DNA of 64,000 nt from the NCBI GenBank assembly GCA_964581995.1, contig CAZOQB010000003.1:41989-105988 (forward strand), given 5' to 3'. A program made the position numbers and the translations under genes. The notes under the pieces were generated by a model, which was given only the letters and a program-made list of their open reading frames with translations, was not told the DNA's origin and searched no databases. Below, in pieces: positions 1 through 9,901 of the stretch; positions within the stretch are counted from its first letter, which is position 1, and every line of letters starts with the position of its first letter. Source of the DNA: an uncultured Ignavibacteriaceae bacterium. GTDB taxonomy: Bacteria > Bacteroidota > Ignavibacteria > UBA10030 > BY39.

Positions 1-2
1 AC

Positions 3-224
3 AACCACGATTTCCACGAATCGAAGCGCCATATTGAAAAACGCACATTAATTGTCGTTTTGCTGACTATCGCGACTATGGCAGTAGAGATTACCGCGGG
101 AACGATGTTTCACTCGATGGCACTCCTCGCCGATGGTTGGCACATGGGCACACACGCAACGGCATTAGGAATTTCACTGATGGCATACGTGCTGGCGCGC
201 CGCCATTCGCTCGAGGTTGTCTAA
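3..224 (+). pseudogene. Truncated duplicate of the 5' part of a cation-diffusion-facilitator (CDF) gene
   Basis: Translation ..NHDFHESKRHIEKRTLIVVLLTIATMAVEITAGTMFHSMALLADGWHMGTHATALGISLMAYVLARRHSLEVV* matches residues ~15-88 of the intact CDF at 7932..8906. Nucleotide identity is about 90% by eye. The copy ends in a premature stop after ~74 codons and runs off the window's 5' edge. Confidence 0.7.
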
Positions 225-486
225 AAAGGTTCTCTTCAGCCCGAGGCTGATGAGCCTTTGGCTCACGATACTCCATGATGAAACCATGCACTTGAGAACC
301 AGCATGTTTAGCCGGTTTTCGAGTGTTCTTCGACGACAAGTCGAAGAATGTAACGAGAAAACAAACTTATTGGTCAGCCACTCGCTCATAAGCTGCGGAA
401 TGTTTGTTAATATTTGGCTCTATATTTATATTGTATGTTGGAAACCTAAATCACTATAATGTTTAACAATCAAAAGGGAAAACATC

Positions 487-1197
487 ATGAAAACATTCAG
501 TGTTTACTTGGGTATCTTGCTCTTTCTGTTTACTTCGTCATACAGCCAAACAGAAAAGAGACAGACAGCAATTGATTCAGTCATCACCCAGAAAGAGCAA
601 GCTGCATTAACTCCGCAGCAAGTTTTATTCTTGCTGAAGGAAGGCAACAGACGGTTTGTTGAACAAAAGACAACTTTAAAAGATTTCAAACAACAGATAT
701 CGCAGACTTCAAAAGGACAATACCCTATGGCTGTTATCTTGAGTTGCATTGACTCGAGAACGTCATCCGAAATAATTTTCGACCAGGGGCTCGGCGATAT
801 TTTCAATGCAAGAATTGCCGGCAATTTTGTGAATGATGATATACTTGGCAGTATGGAGTTTGCATGCAAGGTATCGGGTTCCAAACTCATTCTCGTTGTT
901 GGACACACAAATTGTGGCGCAATAAAAGGCGCTTGCGACAATGTTGAGCTTGGCAACCTCACTCACGTTATCAAAGAAATAATGCCTGCCGTGGAAACAG
1001 TTTCCGATGTGCATGGAGAGCGTAACTCCCATAATCACGAGTTTGTTGAAAAAGTATCCAAACAAAATGTGTTTCTGGCTATTAAGGAAATAAGAGACAA
1101 GAGCAAAATCCTCAAGGAGATGGAATCTTCGAGGGCAATAAATATTTTAGGCGCTATGCACAACTTAGAGACCGGAGAAGTGGAGTTTTTCAAGTAG
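487..1197 (+). CDS. Secreted beta-class carbonic anhydrase
   Basis: N-terminal signal peptide. Beta-CA zinc-ligand motifs SCIDSR and HTNCGA are present. Confidence 0.9.
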   Translation: MKTFSVYLGILLFLFTSSYSQTEKRQTAIDSVITQKEQAALTPQQVLFLLKEGNRRFVEQKTTLKDFKQQISQTSKGQYPMAVILSCIDSRTSSEIIFDQGLGDIFNARIAGNFVNDDILGSMEFACKVSGSKLILVVGHTNCGAIKGACDNVELGNLTHVIKEIMPAVETVSDVHGERNSHNHEFVEKVSKQNVFLAIKEIRDKSKILKEMESSRAINILGAMHNLETGEVEFFK

Positions 1198-1296
1198 TCA
1201 TTAATCCACAATAGACAAGAACGCTTTGCCACTCAGCGGTAGCCGTTGTTGCAGGCACTAAAAATTTATTTAACTAAATAACAAAGGAGTTGAACT

Positions 1297-2751
1297 ATGG
1301 AAAAGAAAAAGAAACTTACTCACAATTCTGGTGCACCTGTTGTTGACAATCAAAATGTTATGACAGCAGGTAAAAAGGGACCAATGCTTTTACAGGATGT
1401 ATGGTTTCTTGAAAAACTTGCTCACTTCGACAGGGAAGTAATTCCAGAGCGAAGAATGCATGCTAAAGGTTCCGGTGCTTATGGAACATTCACTGTTACA
1501 CATGATATCACAAAATACACAAGGGCAAAAATATTTTCACACGTTGGAAAAAAGACAGAATTATTTGTCAGGTTTTCAACTGTTGCTGGCGAACGTGGTG
1601 CAGCCGATGCGGAACGGGATATTCGAGGATTTGCTATAAAATTTTATACTGAAGAAGGCAACTGGGATTTAGTAGGAAACAATACACCAGTATTTTTTCT
1701 AAAAGATCCGCTGAAATTTCCTGATTTAAATCATGCAGTAAAGAGAGATCCGAAAACAAATTTACGAAGCGCGAAGAACAATTGGGATTTCTGGACATCA
1801 CTTCCCGAAGCTCTTCATCAAGTAACAATTACTATGAGCGACCGCGGAATACCTTATTCTTACCGCCATATGGATGGATTCGGGAGTCATACTTTTAGTT
1901 TTATTAATTCAAAAAACGAAAGGTATTGGGTTAAATTCCATTTAAAAACTCAACAGGGAATTAAAAATCTTACCGATCAGGAAGCAGAAGCAATAATTGC
2001 TAAAGATAGAGAAAGCCATCAAAAAGATTTATTTGAAAGCATTGAAAAAAAGGATTTCCCGAAATGGAAAATGTCCATACAAATAATGCCGGAGAAAGGT
2101 GCATCAAAGACTCCGTACAATCCATTCGACCTTACGAAAGTTTGGCCCCATAAAGATTATCCATTAATTGAGGTGGGAATTATGGAGCTTAACCGCAATC
2201 CGGAAAATTACTTTGCCGAAGTTGAACAGTCGGCTTTTAATCCGGCAAACATTGTTCCCGGTATTGGGTTCTCTCCCGATAAAATGCTTCAAGGACGTTT
2301 ATTTTCTTATGGTGATGCGCAAAGATATAGACTTGGAGTTAATCATCATTTGATTCCGGTTAATGCACCAAAATGTCCATATCATAGTTTTCACCGTGAT
2401 GGACAAATGAGAGTTGACGACAACCACGGCGCAACTCTCGGTTACGAACCTAATAGTTATGGCGAGTGGCAAGAACAACCTGAGTTTAAAGAACCACCCC
2501 TAAGTATCGAAGGTGCTGCAGACCATTGGAATCATAGAGAAGATACAGACTACTATTCACAAGCTGGAAATCTTTTCCGTCTGATGAATAAAACCCAACA
2601 ACAGGTTCTTTTTGAAAATACAGCAAGAGCTATGGGTGACGCTCCGAAGGAAATAAAAATTAGACATATAGGAAATTGTCTCAAAGCTGATGAAGCATAT
2701 GGAAAAGGAGTGGCTCAGGCACTTGGAATAAATGTAAGTGAAATAAAATAA
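1297..2751 (+). CDS. Monofunctional heme catalase, small-subunit type (484 aa)
   Basis: Strong catalase signatures ([35 protein letters not shown]-like core, [16 protein letters not shown]). Length is typical of clade-3 catalases. Confidence 0.95.
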   Translation: MEKKKKLTHNSGAPVVDNQNVMTAGKKGPMLLQDVWFLEKLAHFDREVIPERRMHAKGSGAYGTFTVTHDITKYTRAKIFSHVGKKTELFVRFSTVAGERGAADAERDIRGFAIKFYTEEGNWDLVGNNTPVFFLKDPLKFPDLNHAVKRDPKTNLRSAKNNWDFWTSLPEALHQVTITMSDRGIPYSYRHMDGFGSHTFSFINSKNERYWVKFHLKTQQGIKNLTDQEAEAIIAKDRESHQKDLFESIEKKDFPKWKMSIQIMPEKGASKTPYNPFDLTKVWPHKDYPLIEVGIMELNRNPENYFAEVEQSAFNPANIVPGIGFSPDKMLQGRLFSYGDAQRYRLGVNHHLIPVNAPKCPYHSFHRDGQMRVDDNHGATLGYEPNSYGEWQEQPEFKEPPLSIEGAADHWNHREDTDYYSQAGNLFRLMNKTQQQVLFENTARAMGDAPKEIKIRHIGNCLKADEAYGKGVAQALGINVSEIK

Positions 2752-2851
2752 AATTAATTCAATAGTGCGCACTCTTTCAATACATGACGGGCGCAAAAAG
2801 GTTCAAGATGAAAACGAGTGATACATTGCAACTATATCGAAGGATAGACCA

Positions 2852-3139
2852 ATGAATAGTATAGGCCCGGATTCAAAGGTAGAAGACAATTCTACTGCTT
2901 ATCAAGACACTCCAATTGTCTCAAAAGCCCTACGACAGACAAAGCGAGTCATTGTTATCGTTATTGGCTTTTCAATCCTTTTTGTGGGGATTGCTATGTT
3001 TGTTTTGCCGGGACCCGATATTCTTGTCATACCGCTTGGACTGAGGATCCCCGCAACCGAGTTGCTTTGGGCGAGGTATCTACTGAAAACAATAAAAAAT
3101 AAATTTTATCAAAAAAAGGAAATGAACCATGCCAATTAA
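2852..3139 (+). CDS. Small transmembrane protein, PGPGW-like
   Basis: 95 aa, two TM helices, LPGPD motif. Confidence 0.45.
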   Translation: MNSIGPDSKVEDNSTAYQDTPIVSKALRQTKRVIVIVIGFSILFVGIAMFVLPGPDILVIPLGLRIPATELLWARYLLKTIKNKFYQKKEMNHAN

Positions 3140-3434
3140 ACCGAGTGACAAAGAAGAAGATTACTTTGCGAGACTTGATCTTGAAAGAAGGAAAAAAATC
3201 GAAGGGGAGAAACTCAAACAGATTGCAGAGGAGGAAAAAAGACAACTCAAGGAACTCCACTATATGCGCTGTCCGAAGTGTGGAATGAAACTAAACGAGA
3301 TAGATTATAAAAGTATTAAAGTTGACAAATGCTTCAGTTGCGATGGCGTATGGCTTGATGCTGGAGAACTTGAGTCGGTCGCTAAACTCGAAAAAGGAGC
3401 ACTGGACAAGTTGTTCGGTGTCTTTAAGAAATAA
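3129..3434 (+). CDS. Zinc-ribbon domain protein
   Basis: CPKCG...CFSCDG four-Cys ribbon in a charged N-terminal context. Overlaps the upstream gene by 11 nt. Confidence 0.55.
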   Translation: MPIKPSDKEEDYFARLDLERRKKIEGEKLKQIAEEEKRQLKELHYMRCPKCGMKLNEIDYKSIKVDKCFSCDGVWLDAGELESVAKLEKGALDKLFGVFKK

Positions 3435-3453
3435 TACATTTTTAATTAAATTT

Positions 3454-3675
3454 ATGAAAAAGAATATCTTTGAAACGATTCGTTATTTTGCTAAGAACAT
3501 TGCCATTGTTATTGGCATCGTTCTAATTTGGCGAGGTATTTGGTATGTACTCGATTACTTTGACATGTTGTTTTTTCAAGGTAATCATCTGCCTTTGGCT
3601 GTCGGAGGCATTATTATAGGCTTGTTAATACTTTATTTGCCAGATAGAGATCTCAAAGAAATTGAGAAGCTTTAG
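3454..3675 (+). CDS. Small hydrophobic membrane protein (73 aa), hypothetical
   Basis: ATG at 3454 inside a longer ORF-track entry. Two predicted TM helices. Placed in the operon by position. Confidence 0.4.
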   Translation: MKKNIFETIRYFAKNIAIVIGIVLIWRGIWYVLDYFDMLFFQGNHLPLAVGGIIIGLLILYLPDRDLKEIEKL

Positions 3676-3692
3676 TCAAATAATTACAACAG

Positions 3693-4151
3693 ATGAAGAT
3701 CAAAAAGGAAAATATGAATCATATAACAGTAAGAGAAGGAAGCGATTACTTTAGAGGATTACTTCTGCTAATCAGTAAAGACCGAAAGATTTCTGAACCA
3801 GAGATTATCCTGATGAAACGCATTGGTAAAGCTTTAGGGTTTGAAAAAGATTTCTGTAATAACGCCATTCATGAGATTCTCGAAAACAAACATGTCTCAA
3901 TTGAACCGCCCAAATTCTCAACGAATGAATTGGCGAAGAAATTCATCAAAGACGGTCTGATGTTAGCAGACTCTGATAATGAAATCCATGCATTTGAAGA
4001 AGTTTGGCTAAAAACTACGGCAGAGAAAAATGGTATTGACATAGAATTGTTTCTTCGAGAGAAAGAGATTGCTGCCGGAAGAAGAAGAGACCTCGATGAT
4101 CATTTGGAAGTGGACGATCTTACCGTAGAACATTCAAGACGCGACACATGA
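3693..4151 (+). CDS. TerB-like (tellurite-resistance TerB / DjlA-N fold) protein
   Basis: About 150 aa, helical, with an ADSDNEIHAFEEVWL acidic motif resembling TerB. The family call is tentative. Confidence 0.4.
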   Translation: MKIKKENMNHITVREGSDYFRGLLLLISKDRKISEPEIILMKRIGKALGFEKDFCNNAIHEILENKHVSIEPPKFSTNELAKKFIKDGLMLADSDNEIHAFEEVWLKTTAEKNGIDIELFLREKEIAAGRRRDLDDHLEVDDLTVEHSRRDT

Positions 4152-4240
4152 TCATAGTGACTTTCGATACCAAAATTATAGGTGCAGACACAATCAATCT
4201 ACTCAACAACGGTGTTCAACAATAACAAAAAGGACAGCCT

Positions 4241-4699
4241 ATGGCAAAACCCATAACACGACAATCATTTGATCGAATCACGAGATCTTTTATCTATCTT
4301 GTCAGGTGGTTCGAACGATTTCTGGCGATCGGTGTGCTGATTGGTGTCATTGTGCACACTGTTTCAAGCACGGTCATCTTCACCAGCATGGACTGGGGGC
4401 TTACAGAGACTCTTTACGACTTGATCTACCGTGCGCTGTTGTTGGTGATCGGGCTGGAACTCGTGCGGATGCTGGTCGTGCACGACCTAATGGCAATCTT
4501 GGAATTGCTGGCCTTCGTCATCGCACGCAAGATGTTGAAGCCCGATATCGATGGGCTTGACATCCTTCTGGCAGTCGTGGCGTTCGTGGCACTGCTGGCG
4601 GCGCGCCGTTATTTGCTGTCCGCTCCCGGCCCTCCTGCAAAGAAGGAAAGCAAAGAGGATAACACCGAACTATATAAATCTGAAATGAAAGGTGTGTAG
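4241..4699 (+). CDS. PsiE-like small inner-membrane protein
   Basis: 152 aa, four hydrophobic helices, architecture matches the phosphate-starvation-inducible PsiE family. It sits at the start of the high-GC block. Confidence 0.4.
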   Translation: MAKPITRQSFDRITRSFIYLVRWFERFLAIGVLIGVIVHTVSSTVIFTSMDWGLTETLYDLIYRALLLVIGLELVRMLVVHDLMAILELLAFVIARKMLKPDIDGLDILLAVVAFVALLAARRYLLSAPGPPAKKESKEDNTELYKSEMKGV

Positions 4700-4717
4700 A
4701 AACTTGGCTTTAGCTCT

Positions 4718-4981
4718 TTGGAGTTCCATAGCATGACTGGATTATTAGTCGTAGTTGCCACGGGATTCCTTTTGCCTTTCATTGCGCCGCAGGTAAACCG
4801 CTGGCTGAATCGTAAAGTGACCGTCGCAATTTGTGGGAGCGGACCGGTGATCGCATTTGCCAATTTCGTGAGTCTTGCCGATCCTATGAGTAAAGGCGAA
4901 TCGCTAACATTCTCTCCTCACTGGATACGAAGCATCGGCTTCAACCTCTCGTTCTTTGCTGACGGATTGAGTATTCTTTAA
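4718..4981 (+). pseudogene. N-terminal fragment (87 aa) of an MrpA/MnhA/NuoL-type antiporter subunit
   Basis: ..LLPFIAPQVNRW...WIRSIGFNLSFFADGLSIL resembles the MrpA/NuoL N-terminus (WIPSLGINFTVYIDGLGLLF). The ORF stops after 87 codons, whereas full proteins are >600 aa. Confidence 0.55.
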
Positions 4982-5023
4982 TACACCATATTCGGAGTGC
5001 ATATGATTGATGGAGCCTAAACA

Positions 5024-7738
5024 ATGGAAATATTAATAGGTAAGCACTGGCATCACCTGCCAACAGATGAAGTAATTGACCTCCTGGATAGTGATCAGGG
5101 AAAGGGGCTGGATCTTTTCGAGGTCGACCATCGCCAGAAAGAATTCGGTCCCAATGCTATCACCGGGAAAAAGGGGAAAGGACCGCTGCTGCGCTTCCTT
5201 CTCCAATTCCATCAGCCCCTGATCTACATTCTGCTGGCGGCCGGTTCAGTTACGGCCTTTCTTCAGGAATTGGTCGATGCCGGTGTTATTTTCGGAGTTG
5301 TGCTGGTCAATGCGCTCATAGGTTTTATCCAGGAAGCAAAAGCGGTCAAAGCCATAGAAGCTTTGGCCAGGACAATGACAACTGAGGCAACTGTGTTGCG
5401 GGCGGGCGAGAAACAACGCATCTCCTCGGCAGAAGTGGTCCCGGGCGACATCGTCCTTCTGCAGTCCGGTGACAAAGTGCCCGCGGATATGCGCCTATTT
5501 CAAACACGAGATCTTCAGGTGGATGAGTCCGCCCTAACCGGAGAGTCGGTGCCCGTGGATAAAAAACCGGATGTCCTCGACCACGACACGGGACTGGCTG
5601 ACCGGCAAAACATGGCGTATGCCTCGAGTCTAGTCACCTACGGTCAGGGTATCGGCATTGTCGTAGCTATTGGTGACAAGACGGAAGTGGGGCGCATCTC
5701 TGAACTTATCTCGTCAACAGAGGCATTGGAGACCCCGCTGACCCGTAAGATTGCCCGCTTCAGTCATATCCTGCTCTACGCGATCCTGGCACTTGCCGCG
5801 CTCACTTTTGTCGTAGGCCTCATACGGGGACAATCCGTCTTTGATATGTTCATGGCGGCTGTAGCCCTGTCAGTAGGTGCTATCCCTGAGGGCCTGCCGG
5901 CTGCGCTGACGATTACTCTGGCCATCGGTGTTGGCCGGATGGCGCGCAGGCGGGCCATAATCCGAAAACTCACAGCAGTGGAGACCCTCGGCAGCACAAC
6001 AGTCATCTGCTCCGACAAGACCGGTACTCTGACTGAGAACCAGATGACGGTGCAGGAGATCTTTGCAGGCGGTGAGCGATTTGAAGTCACCGGCGCAGGC
6101 TACACGCCCTCAGGCCGGATTCTCAAACAAGGGATTGCGGTGGATGCGTCAGGGTCACCGGCGCTGATGGAATGTCTGAAAGCAGGCTTATTGTGCAACG
6201 ACAGTTTGCTGTTGAAGAAAGAGGGCCGCTGGGCAATACAGGGTGATCCCACTGAAGGAGCGTTGCTGGTTTCTGCGGTCAAGGCAGGGCTCGACATGGC
6301 CACCGTACAAAAGGGATTGCCTCGCATCGATGCAATCCCTTTCGAATCGCAGCACCAGTATATGGCTTCCCTGCATGACAAAGGAAAGGACAATCCCGGC
6401 ATCATATATGTCAAGGGTTCTGTGGAAGCCATCATGGAAAGATGTGTTTCATCCCTTGATACAACTGGGCATCCTGCTGAACCGAATGTCGAACAGATTC
6501 ATAGAGCAGTGGAGGAAATGGCAGCCAATGGAATGCGGGTGCTCGCTTTTGCAAAAGGCGAAATCAAGCCCGGGACAACCGGGCTGAATCACCCTGATGT
6601 GGCTTTCGGCTTGATCTTTCTCGGTCTCCAGGGAATGATCGATCCGCCCCGGCAGGAGGCAATCCTCGCAGTTCAGAAGTGTCACACAGCGGGTATTCGC
6701 GTCAAGATGATCACCGGCGATCACGCCCTCACAGCTTCCTCGATTGCGCAGCAGGTTGGCCTTCACAATCCGTCCAATGTTGTCACCGGAAAGGCCTTGA
6801 TGAAAATCTCCGACAGGGAACTGATTGATGTTGCCGACCGTACATTTGTTTTCGCCAGAGTAACGCCTGAGCAAAAACTCCGCCTGGTTGAAGCCCTGCA
6901 GGTCAAGGGGAACGTTGTAGCCATGACCGGAGACGGGGTTAATGATGCCCCGGCTCTGAAAAGGGCAGACATCGGAGTGGCGATGGGCATCACCGGAACC
7001 GACGTAGCAAAAGAGGCAGCCGATATGGTGCTAACGGACGACAACTTCGCCTCCATAGAAGCCGCTGTAGAGGAAGGGCGGGGCATCTTCGATAATCTCA
7101 CCAAGTTCATCATCTGGACACTTCCCACCAACCTCGGTGAGGGACTGGTGATTCTCGCAGCGATATTCGCCGGTGCTACATTACCTATACTGCCGGTGCA
7201 GATTCTCTGGATCAATATGACAACCGCCGTGCTGCTGGGACTCATGCTTGCCTTCGAGCCTAAGGAGCCTGGCATTATGACACGGCCGCCACGCGATCCT
7301 AAGACGCCTATACTTACGCGGGAGTTGATCGGGCGGATTTTTATCGTGAGTACGCTCTTGCTCATCGGAGCATTCGGTCTTTTTGAGTGGGAACTCATGC
7401 AGGGGGCAGTCATACCTGAGGCGCGTACAGTCGCGGTAAACGTCTTTGTCATAGTTGAACTTTTCTACCTCTTCAATTGTCGGTCGCTGACAAAGTCCGT
7501 GTTCAGGATCGGTCTTTTTTCAAACCCCTGGGTGTGGGGCGGAGTTACCATTATGGTGATCTTGCAGTTGCTCTACACATATTTACCGGTCATGAACAGG
7601 ATGTTCCATAGCGCGCCTATCAGCATCGAGGCCTGGGAGCGGATATTGGCAGTAGCGCTCATCGCATTCTTTGTGGTGGGCTTCGAAAAATGGCTCCGTC
7701 AAAGGCTTTCGAAGAGATGGTCTGTTCAACGAATATAG
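5024..7738 (+). CDS. Cation-transporting P-type ATPase (type II/III, Ca2+/Mg2+-like)
   Basis: DKTGTLT phosphorylation motif, TGD, MTGDGVNDAPAL hinge, ten TM helices, 904 aa. Local GC is clearly higher than the flanks. Confidence 0.9.
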   Translation: MEILIGKHWHHLPTDEVIDLLDSDQGKGLDLFEVDHRQKEFGPNAITGKKGKGPLLRFLLQFHQPLIYILLAAGSVTAFLQELVDAGVIFGVVLVNALIGFIQEAKAVKAIEALARTMTTEATVLRAGEKQRISSAEVVPGDIVLLQSGDKVPADMRLFQTRDLQVDESALTGESVPVDKKPDVLDHDTGLADRQNMAYASSLVTYGQGIGIVVAIGDKTEVGRISELISSTEALETPLTRKIARFSHILLYAILALAALTFVVGLIRGQSVFDMFMAAVALSVGAIPEGLPAALTITLAIGVGRMARRRAIIRKLTAVETLGSTTVICSDKTGTLTENQMTVQEIFAGGERFEVTGAGYTPSGRILKQGIAVDASGSPALMECLKAGLLCNDSLLLKKEGRWAIQGDPTEGALLVSAVKAGLDMATVQKGLPRIDAIPFESQHQYMASLHDKGKDNPGIIYVKGSVEAIMERCVSSLDTTGHPAEPNVEQIHRAVEEMAANGMRVLAFAKGEIKPGTTGLNHPDVAFGLIFLGLQGMIDPPRQEAILAVQKCHTAGIRVKMITGDHALTASSIAQQVGLHNPSNVVTGKALMKISDRELIDVADRTFVFARVTPEQKLRLVEALQVKGNVVAMTGDGVNDAPALKRADIGVAMGITGTDVAKEAADMVLTDDNFASIEAAVEEGRGIFDNLTKFIIWTLPTNLGEGLVILAAIFAGATLPILPVQILWINMTTAVLLGLMLAFEPKEPGIMTRPPRDPKTPILTRELIGRIFIVSTLLLIGAFGLFEWELMQGAVIPEARTVAVNVFVIVELFYLFNCRSLTKSVFRIGLFSNPWVWGGVTIMVILQLLYTYLPVMNRMFHSAPISIEAWERILAVALIAFFVVGFEKWLRQRLSKRWSVQRI

Positions 7739-7753
7739 ATCAACAGAAAGAAG

Positions 7754-7864
7754 GTGCTGGGCGATTACTTCAATTTCTACCTTCTCAGTGCGGTACTGAT
7801 GATACTTGCCGTCGGGATAGTTGCGTCACTTCTGATCCGTTCATCGGAAGAGAAGGTTAGCTGA
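7754..7864 (+). CDS. Candidate 36-aa hydrophobic peptide immediately downstream of the P-type ATPase
   Basis: GTG-initiated frame VLGDYFNFYLLSAVLMILAVGIVASLLIRSSEEKVS* starts 16 nt after the ATPase stop. It has a single TM helix and reminds me of ATPase-associated small peptides (KdpF-like class). It is not in the ORF track because it is <60 aa. Confidence 0.25.
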   Translation: MLGDYFNFYLLSAVLMILAVGIVASLLIRSSEEKVS

Positions 7865-7931
7865 TCCACGAATTCAATAACTTTGAGAGGAATCGAATCG
7901 CAACTTTGATTCAAATTTCACATAGTATACA

Positions 7932-8906
7932 TTGGAGATCATAATGAAGACACAGCATACATTAAACGATGAACACAACCACGATTTCCATGAATCGAAG
8001 CGACATATAGAAAAACGGACATTAATTGTCGTTTTGTTGACCATTGCGACCATGGCAGTAGAGATTACCGCCGGAATGATGTTTCATTCGATGGCGCTTC
8101 TTGCCGATGGTTGGCATATGGGCACACACGCAACGGCATTAGGAATTTCACTGATGGCATACGTGCTGGCACGCCGCCATTCGTTGGATAAACGATACGC
8201 ATTTGGGACCTGGAAGATAGAAATACTTGGCGCATATACGAGTGCTCTCATTCTCGGTATAGTTGGACTCTCGTTAGTTGTTGCATCTGTCGATCGTTTA
8301 ATGAATCCTCAAGCTATCGATTACACTTTAGCAATAATTGTTGCTGTTGCCGGCTTGCTAGTAAACATTGTCAGTGCGTTCATTATGAATGCCGGCAGTA
8401 CACATAAAGATTCCTCTCACTCTGAATCTTCACATTCGTCTCACACTCACAACGATTTGAATCTTCGGTCAGCGTATCTCCACGTTATTGCCGATGCTGC
8501 AACATCGGTACTTGCTATTGCCGCTCTTATTGGAGGGCAAATGTTTGGATGGATTTGGCTCGATCCTATGGCAGGATTGATCGGCGCAGCCATGATCGCC
8601 CGATGGACTGTTTCTCTCTTGCGTGATAGCTCAGCAATTCTGTTGGACAGAGAAATGGATTCACCGTTAGTAGAACGAATAAAAACGGCTATCGAGGTTG
8701 ATGGCAGCAGCAAGGTGAATGATCTTCATCTGTGGCGGGTTAGCGACGCGCGCTATGCATGCATTGTGTCGGTATGTTCAACGGTGCCGCACTCAGCCGA
8801 CCGCTACCGGAAAACATTAAGTGGTTTTAAAGAGATCACACACCTGACTATAGAAACACATTGGCATGAGGAAGGGACAGATCAATTCTCAGATAAGTTG
8901 GCATAG
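7932..8906 (+). CDS. Cation diffusion facilitator family transporter (CzcD/ZitB-like)
   Basis: Six TM helices. His-rich loop HKDSSHSESSHSSHTH. C-terminal cytoplasmic domain. Confidence 0.9.
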   Translation: MEIIMKTQHTLNDEHNHDFHESKRHIEKRTLIVVLLTIATMAVEITAGMMFHSMALLADGWHMGTHATALGISLMAYVLARRHSLDKRYAFGTWKIEILGAYTSALILGIVGLSLVVASVDRLMNPQAIDYTLAIIVAVAGLLVNIVSAFIMNAGSTHKDSSHSESSHSSHTHNDLNLRSAYLHVIADAATSVLAIAALIGGQMFGWIWLDPMAGLIGAAMIARWTVSLLRDSSAILLDREMDSPLVERIKTAIEVDGSSKVNDLHLWRVSDARYACIVSVCSTVPHSADRYRKTLSGFKEITHLTIETHWHEEGTDQFSDKLA

Positions 8907-9074
8907 TAAGGTTGATTTGATCTGAGCCAGATCTCGGGATTGTTGCTTTGCATTTCCAATAAAGAATCAGCGAATAATTTTACGAGTCGAAGTGAATCGC
9001 CCGATGAATCACGTTCGGGCATAAATAGAACCCGTAGGGTTCATATGTTTATAGATTTGTGATGTTAAGAGAAT

Positions 9075-9135
9075 GTTCGATCCCCGAAGGCCTGCCCGCC
9101 GTCCCGCTTTGCGGGACTTCGGTAGGCGGGGGTCG
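9075..9135. terminator. GC-rich nested hairpin in an AT-rich intergenic region
   Basis: ccgaagg-cctgcccgcc-gtcccgc-ttt-gcgggac-ttcgg-taggcggggg forms nested stems. It sits between the convergent CDF (+) and LolA-like (-) genes. Confidence 0.3.
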
Positions 9136-9214
9136 CATGTTGTTTCCGGTGTTTTTAAACTATAAACATTTGATGCCTACGGCATCGTTTATTTTAAATA
9201 TTTCTCCCACACAG

Positions 9215-9901
9215 TTATTTCTCTTTTTCAAACAATTTATCAGGGAGATTTTGATTCACCATGTATTTCGTAAACGTGATAGTAATAGTTCCGGTACGCG
9301 GCATCCGACGAGGCATATTCTCGAATCCTTTTATCTCCGGCAGATTATCTGCTTCTTCCTCGTCGCTTTTTAATTCAACTCGTATGTTCGACGGCAATAG
9401 GTATTTATTCTCCACTTTTCCATAATCAATAATCACGTTTACTAATCTTTTCTCGAATGGTGTACTCTCTGTTTTTCTTATCACCCATTCTTGTGTGTCA
9501 ATCCAAATAAACAAATGCTTTCCCTTTATACTGCCTTCTTTTGGTATTAACCGCAGTTTGTACGTACGATAATTGTTGATTGTATCTTGTCCTTCGATTT
9601 CCGCATCGAATTTTTCAGGAGTAAACTGTGAAGATGTTAATCCAAATCCTTCTCGCGGTATTATAGCGAAGCCTTCGGAATCGAAATTAAATTTATCCGG
9701 CTGTTTAAATTGTACTGTAATTTTTCTCCTCGGTATTCGAAGACGCTCCATTTCCACAGAAACCAGCGCTTCGGCAGTGTAATCCTTAATTTCTTTAAAT
9801 CTTCCTTCAACACGCTCTAATATCTCACGTGCACTCGGCTGGCAGTAACTAATTGACATAAACTGACAACTTACAAACGCCGTTATTAAAAATTTTCTCA
9901 C
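9215..9901 (-). CDS. Outer-membrane lipoprotein-sorting (LolA-like) protein
   Basis: The GTG start overlaps the upstream permease stop (GTGA). Signal peptide. Sequence is typical of LolA-like proteins found with ABC-2 transporters. Confidence 0.6.
   Translation of the reverse strand: MRKFLITAFVSCQFMSISYCQPSAREILERVEGRFKEIKDYTAEALVSVEMERLRIPRRKITVQFKQPDKFNFDSEGFAIIPREGFGLTSSQFTPEKFDAEIEGQDTINNYRTYKLRLIPKEGSIKGKHLFIWIDTQEWVIRKTESTPFEKRLVNVIIDYGKVENKYLLPSNIRVELKSDEEEADNLPEIKGFENMPRRMPRTGTITITFTKYMVNQNLPDKLFEKEK

Noticed and set aside
91-459. ORF-track entries 91..339(-), 174..389(-), 217..459(+)
   Set aside because: Mutually overlapping short frames in the region just after the CDF fragment and before the carbonic anhydrase gene. 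Low-complexity translations with no motifs. Most likely non-coding/promoter DNA.
5263-7452. Long antisense ORFs inside the P-type ATPase gene (e.g. 6763..7452 -, 229 aa; 6449..6874 -)
   Set aside because: Typical open antisense frames in high-GC coding DNA. Ala/Ser/Arg-rich translations, entirely nested in a strongly supported gene.
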